The notes below the pieces were generated by a model. The model was not told where the DNA came from, made no database searches, and saw only the letters and a list, made by a program, of their open reading frames with translations. Source: Geotalea uraniireducens Rf4 (GTDB taxonomy: Bacteria > Desulfobacterota > Desulfuromonadia > Geobacterales > Geobacteraceae). From it: a stretch of 32,000 nt of DNA. Shown piece by piece: positions 1 to 6,976 of this stretch. The stretch spans positions 3,870,001-3,902,000 of the forward strand of contig NC_009483.1 of the NCBI RefSeq assembly GCF_000016745.1. Direction: 5' to 3'. A program made the translations under genes and the position numbers. Numbering within the stretch: position 1 is the stretch's first letter; the number at the start of each line of letters is the position of its first letter.

Positions 1-679
1 GCCGTGACTGGGTTGCTGATATCTCCCACGAACTACGGACACCGCTGACGATCCTGCGCGGCGAGATTGAAGCGATCCAGGACGGAATCCGTCAGAGCAC
101 CCCAGAAGCCATCGACTCCCTCCACTGCGAAGTTATGCGGCTGAACCGGATGGTGGACGACCTCTACCAGCTCTCCCTTTCAGATGTCGGCGCCCTGACG
201 TACCGCAAAGAGGAACTGGATCTTGATGCCATCCTCAACCGGGCGCTCGACTCATTCCAGGCCGAATTCACTCAAAAACAAATCTCTCTGCGGACCGAGA
301 TCCAACCCGGCGCGGAGTTCCCGCTCTTTGCAGATCCCGAACGGCTGCAGCAACTTTTCGACAACCTGCTGGAAAACGCTCTGAACTACACCGATCCGGG
401 GGGAGAACTCTTCGTCCGTCTGGCTCGCCGTGACACTTTGGCGACGGTACATTTTCAGGACAGCCCCCCGGTGTGACCAAGGAGGATCTGGCACGCCTCT
501 TCGACCGGCTCTATCGAGTCGAGGGATCGCGAAACCGCACTTCAAGCGGTGCCGGGCTGGGACTGGCAATCTGCAAAAACATCGCTAAAGCACACGAAGG
601 AACCATTGAAGCGCTACCGTCGCCATTGGGAGGGGTATGGATCAAGGTAGAACTCCCGTTAATGGAGAGAGGAGTATGA
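1..679 (+). pseudogene. BaeS-like sensor histidine kinase, C-terminal part (5' end outside the window); reading frame broken by a 1-nt gap at a C6 run
   Basis: The frame starting at nt 3 reads RDWVADISHELRTPLTILRGEIEAIQDG (H box) and LLENALNYT (N box), then stops at TGA 474-476. The +2 frame from 473 continues TKEDLARLFDRLYRVEGSRNRTSSGAGLGLAICKNIAKAHEG (G1/F/G2 boxes) to TGA 677-679. One extra C in the run 464-469 would fuse them as DSPPGVTKEDL. Confidence 0.8.
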
Positions 680-1353
680 GTGGAACAATACTGATAGTGG
701 AGGACGAAGAGAAACTCGCTGCGCTGCTGGCGGATTACCTGAAGCAGTCGGGGTTCGATTCCGAGTGGCTGGCGGATGGACAAGCTGTGGTACCGTGGGT
801 CAAGAGGCACGGGCCGGATCTCATCCTGCTCGATTTAATGCTTCCCGGGCGCCGTGGCCTCGATATCTGCAAGGAGATCCGTTCCTTCTCTGATGTTCCG
901 ATTATCATGATCACTGCCCGTATTGAGGAAATAGACCGTTTGCTCGGCTTGGAACTGGGCGCAGATGACTACATCTGCAAACCGTTCAGCCCGCGGGAGG
1001 TTGTCGCCAGAGTCAAATCGTTGCTGCGTCGCACCGGCGGCCGACTAACCGCCTCAGTTCAGGGTTTGATCCTTGACACGTCACGATATCAGGCTACATT
1101 GCACGGTCACGTCCTGGACCTGACCGTCGTCGAATTCAAACTCCTGCACTTTCTCTTCTCAAATCCAGGGCAGATCTATTCACGCTCCCAGCTTATGCAT
1201 AGAATTTACCCTGACGAACGGATCGTAAGCGACCGGACCATCGACAGCCATGTAAAAAAACTGCGCAAAAAAATATCCTTGGCGGCACCTGATCAGGAAC
1301 TCATTCATTCGGTGTACGGGATCGGGTATAAATTTGAAGCATCACAGGAGTAA
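676..1353 (+). CDS. OmpR/PhoB-family response regulator (BaeR-like)
   Basis: ATG 676 overlaps the kinase stop (ATGA) and follows GGAGAGAGGAG. Receiver domain ILIVEDEEKL...DLILLDLMLPG...ADDYICKPFSPREVVARVKSLLRR, then a winged-helix C-terminus (HSVYGIGYKF). The ORF-track start at 637 lies inside the kinase. Confidence 0.9.
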   Translation: MSGTILIVEDEEKLAALLADYLKQSGFDSEWLADGQAVVPWVKRHGPDLILLDLMLPGRRGLDICKEIRSFSDVPIIMITARIEEIDRLLGLELGADDYICKPFSPREVVARVKSLLRRTGGRLTASVQGLILDTSRYQATLHGHVLDLTVVEFKLLHFLFSNPGQIYSRSQLMHRIYPDERIVSDRTIDSHVKKLRKKISLAAPDQELIHSVYGIGYKFEASQE

Positions 1354-1410
1354 ATTTATTGCAAGACCGACAGGCGAATTTCATGCTATACCATTGTGGG
1401 GAGAAACAGC

Positions 1411-1893
1411 ATGGAAACCATAAAACCATTCCATATCGTCCTGGTGGAGCCGGAGATTCCGCCCAATACCGGCAATATTGCCCGACTCTGCGGGGCAACC
1501 AGCACCGTTTTGCACCTGGTGGGGAAACTGGGATTTTCCACCGATGACCGAGCCTTGAAGAGGGCGGGGCTCGATTACTGGAGCGAGGTGGATATTCATT
1601 ACTGGGAGGACCTGGACGCGCTGAAAAGCGCCTATCCAGGCGGACGGTTCATCTATACCAGCAAGAAAGTGCCGCGGAGTTACGTTGAAATGGAGTTCAC
1701 GGCGGGAGATTTCATCGTCTTCGGCAAGGAGACCAAGGGGTTGCCCGACGAACTGATCGAGGCAAACCCGGACACGGCCGTGCGCATACCCATTTTCGGC
1801 CGGGTGCGAAGCCTCAATCTCTCCACTGCGGCAGGCATCGTTCTCTATGAGGCGTTGCGACAGACCGGCCGTTTGATAAACAGTGAATCGTGA
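1411..1893 (+). CDS. trmL: SpoU/TrmH-family tRNA 2'-O-methyltransferase, TrmL-like
   Basis: About 160 aa with NTGNIARLC, GKETKGLP and SLNLSTAAGIVLYEALRQ motifs. ATG 1411 follows GGGGAG. Confidence 0.8.
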   Translation: METIKPFHIVLVEPEIPPNTGNIARLCGATSTVLHLVGKLGFSTDDRALKRAGLDYWSEVDIHYWEDLDALKSAYPGGRFIYTSKKVPRSYVEMEFTAGDFIVFGKETKGLPDELIEANPDTAVRIPIFGRVRSLNLSTAAGIVLYEALRQTGRLINSES

Positions 1894-1930
1894 ATGGCGA
1901 GGAGTCGGTTTAACTTATTGAGGTAAATGC

Positions 1931-2308
1931 ATGCTGTTGAAAGCCGTTATGTTCATGAATCTGGCCCTCATCTTTTATAGCTATGCCGTCTTCAGCGGCA
2001 GAAAAGAGGGGTTGCACCGCAAACACCTGCTGGTCTTCGGTATCGGCCTTTTCTTCGATTACCTGGGAACCCGCCAGATGAACCTGTTCGCTATAGCCTA
2101 TGGCAAGGCCCCGGAATGGCACAACCTGACCGGCATCCTTTCCCTGGCAGGCATGGCCTTCCACTTTCTTCTCGCCCTGATCGCCACCCTCCTCCAGAAG
2201 GCCGATGCCGTTAATCGCACCTTCCACCGGGTAAGCCTCACCATCTACTCCCTCTGGCTCGTCGCATTTGCCAGCGGTGCCATCTCCGGGATGATGCGGA
2301 TTTCGTGA
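1931..2308 (+). CDS. small integral membrane protein (about four hydrophobic helices), function unknown
   Basis: A 125-aa ORF with hydrophobic segments LALIFYSYAVF, LLVFGIGLFFDYL, GILSLAGMAFHFLLALIATLL and LTIYSLWLVAFASGAI. RBS-like GAGG lies upstream. Confidence 0.65.
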   Translation: MLLKAVMFMNLALIFYSYAVFSGRKEGLHRKHLLVFGIGLFFDYLGTRQMNLFAIAYGKAPEWHNLTGILSLAGMAFHFLLALIATLLQKADAVNRTFHRVSLTIYSLWLVAFASGAISGMMRIS

Positions 2309-2326
2309 AACGGATAAGCCCCGCAT

Positions 2327-2355
2327 AAAAAAAGGGCGCCCACATGGGGGCGCCC
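2327..2355 (-). terminator. rho-independent terminator after the Tim44-like gene, between convergent genes
   Basis: Self-complementary GGGCGCCC at 2334-2341 pairs with GGGCGCCC at 2348-2355 (loop ACATGG). The A7 at 2327-2333 is a U7 tail on the minus strand. Confidence 0.6.
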
Positions 2356-2389
2356 CTACCAACCTTAACAAACCTGCCTTACTGATCGG

Positions 2390-3346
2390 CTACTTCTGAT
2401 TGATCGCCGACAACCGCCACGGATTGTTGCCGACAGGCCTGGTAAACGTCCAATACTCCTCGAATTTTACCGGTTCTGTTTTACTGCCGGAGACAACCGT
2501 TCCTGTCGCGTCATCGGTTGTATAATCGAGCAGGTTTGCATAAATCAAGGCGGTGATGTAATCCTGCCCCGACTCCTGCCAGACCTCCGAAATTTCCACG
2601 TTCCTGACAGCGATGTTTTCCAGCCGGTTGACCTGCTTGTCCCGCAAAAGCCTGTCCATGTCTTCCTGGAAGATACGCTTCATCTCGTCGGTCAGAAGCC
2701 CGGATACCGAAGATAAATCGCGATTCATCCATGCACCCTGGATCTTGAAGAAGATGTCCATTACCGAGTCGTTGAAGCGGCTTTCATCAAAGGAAGGGTC
2801 CATTTGGCGGATATGGGCCATACCCGTGTCCACATCGGTCGGTTGTGGTTCATAGGACTCGGTTCCGCCGTAAATGGGGGTCACATTGCCATGTTGATAC
2901 CCACCCTGCTCATAGGTGGAATAGGAGCTATCTACCCTCTTTTTTTTTACGAACCGGTAGATGAGATAGCCGATCCCGGCCAGGAGGAGAATCTCGAACA
3001 AGCCAATGCCGCCTCCCATGCCGCCACCGGTGCCGCCGAAGCCGAGCCCCCTGAAGAGCATGCCGCCGAGCATTCCACCCAGCATCCCGCCGGCCATGCT
3101 TCTAAGGAAACCACCGGCCGGCTGTTGCTGGAAAGGCGGAGGGGAATACGGCCTGGCAGGGGCAGCCTGCTGCGACGGGCCCGGTTGAGAATAGGGGCTG
3201 GCCGGCCTGGAATAGCTGCGCGATCCGCGGCTGCCGAAAGAGCGGCCCCCGCCGGCCCTGGCATGGGCATCAAACTCCAGCGCGGTAACAGTCAACATCA
3301 TTACGGCTGCCACCAATGTAAACAACTTAACAACGTGTCTTTTCAT
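2390..3346 (-). CDS. Tim44-like domain protein with signal/TM segment, Pro/Gln-rich and Gly/Met-rich linker
   Basis: ATG 3346 follows AAGGAG. N-terminus MKRHVVKLFTLVAAVMMLTV; low complexity GGMLGGMLGGMLFRGLGFGGTGGGMGGG; a TM helix. The C-terminal approx 150 aa (FDESRFNDSVMDIFFKIQGAWMNRD...WTFTRPVGNNPWRLSAINQ) is typical of bacterial Tim44-like domains. Confidence 0.8.
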   Translation of the reverse strand: MKRHVVKLFTLVAAVMMLTVTALEFDAHARAGGGRSFGSRGSRSYSRPASPYSQPGPSQQAAPARPYSPPPFQQQPAGGFLRSMAGGMLGGMLGGMLFRGLGFGGTGGGMGGGIGLFEILLLAGIGYLIYRFVKKKRVDSSYSTYEQGGYQHGNVTPIYGGTESYEPQPTDVDTGMAHIRQMDPSFDESRFNDSVMDIFFKIQGAWMNRDLSSVSGLLTDEMKRIFQEDMDRLLRDKQVNRLENIAVRNVEISEVWQESGQDYITALIYANLLDYTTDDATGTVVSGSKTEPVKFEEYWTFTRPVGNNPWRLSAINQK

Positions 3347-3411
3347 CTTGATGACTCCTTGGTCAATTGGGCCCTGCATTGCACAGGACCACCGTCTAAG
3401 GCTTTCTGCTT

Positions 3412-3642
3412 CTACTTGTCCGAAATCTTTTGCTCCCTGCCGATCAAATAGTAGAGGATGACGCCGATAAGCGGCACAGCTATTACCAGCAACAGCCAGA
3501 TAATCTTGTTCGAGCCGGTGAACTCGTTCTTCAGGATATCAACGAGAGCCCACAGCCAGAGGGCAAAAATAGCTGTCGCGATTATGCCGAACACGAGAAA
3601 AGCTGCTACGCCCATCGCTCCCATCATGGCAAAATCGTGCAT
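3412..3642 (-). CDS. PLDc_N-type small membrane protein
   Basis: ATG 3642 lies 6 nt after GGAAGGAG; the track start at 3648 is a TTG. Two TM helices and the motif WLWALVDILKNEF...KIIWLLLVIAVPLIGVILYYLIGR. Confidence 0.75.
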   Translation of the reverse strand: MHDFAMMGAMGVAAFLVFGIIATAIFALWLWALVDILKNEFTGSNKIIWLLLVIAVPLIGVILYYLIGREQKISDK

Positions 3643-3668
3643 CTGCAACTCCTTCCGTGCGCCGCATC

Positions 3669-3953
3669 TTAGTTCTTACCGGCATTATACGTGTCTACTG
3701 CATAATTCCACCCGGAAACCACCGCTGACAGATCATTATCGGCACCGTTTATACATTTTACCAGACAATCCCGGTAAGTTTTCATCTTTTTAGCATAATC
3801 CTCCACCTCTTTGCCCGCCGTTGCCATCTCTTTCGCGTTAGCCTTGCCGGAAGGCAATTCAGGCTTCAACGGCTCTTTGCATGTACACTCAGCCCAGCCG
3901 CCTGAAACGGGCAGCAGCCAAAGCAACAGTGACAGCACCAGAATGAAACGCAT
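3669..3953 (-). CDS. small secreted Cys-containing protein, unknown function
   Basis: ATG 3953 follows GGAGGGA. Signal peptide MRFILVLSLLLWLLPVSGGWA; four Cys (CTC...C...C). No domain recognised. Confidence 0.55.
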   Translation of the reverse strand: MRFILVLSLLLWLLPVSGGWAECTCKEPLKPELPSGKANAKEMATAGKEVEDYAKKMKTYRDCLVKCINGADNDLSAVVSGWNYAVDTYNAGKN

Positions 3954-4003
3954 AACATCCCTCCACATTGCCCAATTCCCCTAAGCGAAACCGCATCACT
4001 TCG

Positions 4004-4801
4004 TCATGCGGCAGCGCCACAAGCCAGTCTTACTTCCACGTATTCCCGCAATCGCTTGGCCAAGGCGGCGATTCTGCCGTCCGTCGGTAACGTCGCCGCA
4101 ATACCGCCGATATAGTCCCGCTCCTTGAGCAGTCTGAAAGAAGCCGCAAAGTTCAGGTCAAACACCCAGGAGAGCTGCAGCAGCTTGAAATCGTTCAGAG
4201 TTTTCAGCATCGACAGGTTTACCATTCTCCCCTCGTCAAGACAGGCAAGCACCTCATCCGAACAGAAGGGCAGATCGGGAAAACCGAGGCCGACGGCAGA
4301 CGCCCTCTCCGACTCGGGAAGGGCGTAGTACTCGATAAACACCCGCCAGATGTCGAGCTTGTCGGCGTCGCGGATCAGCTTGAGGAATAAGTCGCCGTCC
4401 GCGGAAAGTTTTTCAGGAATGGCGAATACATTGTGCAGACGTACCGCCTGAATGATCATGTCCTGCTCATCCTTGGGAAAGGGCGCCAGCACGTTGTTCT
4501 CAAGCAAGACCTTGGCACCGAGCGCCGCATGGTTGGTAGAATCGCTGTCCTTGAACGTTTTATACTGCCGGTATTGGGGGAAGCGCCCCACGTCGTGAAA
4601 AAGGGCTATCACCTCTGCCAGGACCTGTTGTTCTTCGTTCAGCAGCTCATCCCGGGCAATGCGGGTGATATTGTCACAGACATTACCGGTATGAAGCTCT
4701 TTCAGAGAAATATTACGCTGCTCGTCCGCATCGATGGAGTAGAAGGAGCGGCAGTAATCGGCAAACCATGTTTTCAACGCAGACAGTTCGGCTCTGTTCA
4801 T
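4004..4801 (-). CDS. HD-domain phosphohydrolase
   Basis: HD motif in IALFHDVGRF, further His/Asp in HAALGAKVL and RDADKLD. 265 aa. Confidence 0.8.
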   Translation of the reverse strand: MNRAELSALKTWFADYCRSFYSIDADEQRNISLKELHTGNVCDNITRIARDELLNEEQQVLAEVIALFHDVGRFPQYRQYKTFKDSDSTNHAALGAKVLLENNVLAPFPKDEQDMIIQAVRLHNVFAIPEKLSADGDLFLKLIRDADKLDIWRVFIEYYALPESERASAVGLGFPDLPFCSDEVLACLDEGRMVNLSMLKTLNDFKLLQLSWVFDLNFAASFRLLKERDYIGGIAATLPTDGRIAALAKRLREYVEVRLACGAAA

Positions 4802-4863
4802 CTCAACTTCCGGACACTTTCATATATGTATTTACTCCGGCAATTAAACATCGCAACCCTGAT

Positions 4864-4915
4864 GTAGGGGCACAGCCGCCGTGCCCCGATTGGGCGAGGC
4901 AAGCCTCGCCCCTAC
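4864..4915. repeat. pair of GC-rich REP-like hairpins enclosed by an outer stem
   Basis: GGGGCAC-agccgcc-GTGCCCC at 4867-4887 and GGGCGAGG-caag-CCTCGCCC at 4892-4911. Outer GTAGGGG 4864-4870 is complementary to CCCCTAC 4909-4915. Confidence 0.6.
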
Positions 4916-4963
4916 CGTTGATATGTTTAATAATAACGGCTTGAATTGCACACACGGCATAAT

Positions 4964-5338
4964 TTAATCATTCCGGTTGCGTCCGTCAAGGTACGTAAAG
5001 AACTCGCCGATGACTTTGTCTGCATCTCCGCATCGGTACGAGACAATGTTTCTCAGGTGGGCAAAAGAGTCCGCATCTATTTTATCGAATTTTATCCCAA
5101 CGCAGTTTCCCTCGCTCCTTACCAACGTACCGGTAGCATTGATGGCAATATACGGCGGCATCCCGGTCAGATAAATCGTGACTTCCACGGGCGAAGCGGG
5201 AACCAATGTTTCGCTGGTCTCGACAAGAATCCCTTTCAGACTGATATTTCTCACCTCACCCTTGAAGGATGCAGCACCCTGTTTTATGAGTGCCTCAACG
5301 GCAAAATCCACACGAGAAAAATTTCGTCTCTCATCCAC
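4964..5338 (-). CDS. PilZ-domain protein (c-di-GMP receptor type)
   Basis: ERRNFSR (RxxxR) and NISLKG (D/NxSxxG) motifs at the usual spacing. 124 aa. Confidence 0.8.
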   Translation of the reverse strand: MDERRNFSRVDFAVEALIKQGAASFKGEVRNISLKGILVETSETLVPASPVEVTIYLTGMPPYIAINATGTLVRSEGNCVGIKFDKIDADSFAHLRNIVSYRCGDADKVIGEFFTYLDGRNRND

Positions 5339-5430
5339 GGTTGCCTTCCCCCTTTACAACGGATTGAACACATTCAACGTTGTTAGACACCGCCTGAACC
5401 TGAAGGCGGTTCAAGTATCCGGCAGATAAG

Positions 5431-5454
5431 CAAAAAGGGGGGCATAAGCCCCCC
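5431..5454 (-). terminator. rho-independent terminator after the aldolase gene
   Basis: GGGGGGC-ataa-GCCCCCC at 5437-5454, preceded on the plus strand by CAAAAA, which is a U-rich tail on the minus strand. Confidence 0.7.
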
Positions 5455-5506
5455 TCCATCAAGCCTTCAGCACTCACATGCGCGTAAAGACCCGGGTGCC
5501 TGTCGG

Positions 5507-6790
5507 CTAGTCATCAAAATTCCCAGCCGGCCCTTTATCGCCGGTCAAACCGACGGCCCGCTCGACAATTTTGCTTTCCGTCCACTCGGCAGGATCTTCG
5601 ATCCGGCTCGCCTTCGGCCCCGGATCGTAGCTGCCGGCCTTGAGAATCGCCTCGATCGCCAACGGCGCCGTATTCTGCGAGTTGAACACTTCCGTAATCA
5701 TCTTATAGACAAAATCTTCCACCCGCCTGGCCATTCTTTCCCTTACCGCCAGCGGCTGGGCGAGGAGCTTGTTTTCGAACGGCAGATTGAGACTCTTGTA
5801 ATCCCCCTTTTTCCACCCCTTTGAGTCGGCATAGGCGACCATCTCCGCCCACATCTCCTCGGTGACACCCTCGCCTTTCACCTTGATGAAATTTCCGTCG
5901 GCATCAAGCTGGGCATTACCGTAATCATTCACCTCCAGCCCCCAGGAGATCATCTGCAGTGCGGTTGCGACATTTGCCTTGGTGGTGGCGGTCTTGGCAG
6001 CAATCTCCCGCAGCCGCTCGGAGCTGTTGCCGGAAGTGCCGTGCTGGGCGCCGGAAATCCTGTATTTCTCAAGCGCCTTGTGAATATCGGCGGTTAACTG
6101 CACCTGGATGCCGGTATCACTTGCCTCGATGCCATGGGTGGTGCCGTTGTTGAGAGCTATCCAGTCAGGGAAGATATCATGGGCATTCAGTCCCCGGATG
6201 AGGAACAGCGCCTCAGGCACTGTGGAAAGGCCTTCCTTGCCCTTGATCTCCCCTACCTCCGTCTCCAGCCCGGCCCATTTTGGAATGCAGGGGTTGATGG
6301 CGAGATTGGCGAGGAGATTCTTGTCATCGGGGAGGTGCGACGCATCGATGGCTATTGAGGTGATTCCCGCCTCGAACATGGTGGGGACCTCCACCTTCGC
6401 ATCGGCAAGATCCTTGTCGTTCTTGATGCCGTAATGGTCGGCATGAATGGCGACAGGAACGGTGATCCCCAGTTCGTTGCAGAGCGCATCGACCTGCCGC
6501 GCCATGTTCCAGTAATTGACCGCACAGTAAGACGACCGCCCCCCTTCAGACTTGGCGATCTCGATAATGACAGCCGCATTGGCCCGTTGTGCGGCCATGA
6601 GCACACCACGAATGACAAACTGGTTCCGTCCGTTTGCGGCAAGCGCCAGGGCATGCCCTTTGGCACTCATAGCCCTGTCTATCACCTTGCCGCTGACCAG
6701 CAGGGCCTTTGAATTGGGGAACAGCTTCGTCACGTTGGGCGGCCGGCCTATCTCAAGCGCCTTCGTAAAATCTGAACCGGTTGCTGTCAT
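5507..6790 (-). CDS. fba: class II fructose/ketose-bisphosphate aldolase (long form)
   Basis: ATG 6790 follows AAAGGAGG. Class II aldolase motifs AIHADHYG, ETEVGEIKG, NNGTTHG and AQHGTSG. Confidence 0.8.
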   Translation of the reverse strand: MTATGSDFTKALEIGRPPNVTKLFPNSKALLVSGKVIDRAMSAKGHALALAANGRNQFVIRGVLMAAQRANAAVIIEIAKSEGGRSSYCAVNYWNMARQVDALCNELGITVPVAIHADHYGIKNDKDLADAKVEVPTMFEAGITSIAIDASHLPDDKNLLANLAINPCIPKWAGLETEVGEIKGKEGLSTVPEALFLIRGLNAHDIFPDWIALNNGTTHGIEASDTGIQVQLTADIHKALEKYRISGAQHGTSGNSSERLREIAAKTATTKANVATALQMISWGLEVNDYGNAQLDADGNFIKVKGEGVTEEMWAEMVAYADSKGWKKGDYKSLNLPFENKLLAQPLAVRERMARRVEDFVYKMITEVFNSQNTAPLAIEAILKAGSYDPGPKASRIEDPAEWTESKIVERAVGLTGDKGPAGNFDD

Positions 6791-6846
6791 ATCGCCTCCT
6801 TTTAGTGTGATTGAAATATTTTTAGTAATCAAAAAAAATGCATCAT

Positions 6847-6875
6847 CTTATAACATTTTAATCGTGTAAAATCAA
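6847..6875 (-). promoter_or_regulatory. sigma70-type promoter for fba
   Basis: On the minus strand: TTGATT (6875-6870), N17, TATAAG (6852-6847), about 55 nt upstream of the start codon in an AT-rich spacer. Confidence 0.4.
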
Positions 6876-6976
6876 GGGGTAATAGCAGAACAGCCGAATC
6901 ATCACCAAGACATCTCGACAAAGTATAGCATACTAACGCTGAACAAGAACAGCGTAACATTAATGAAGCTTTATCA

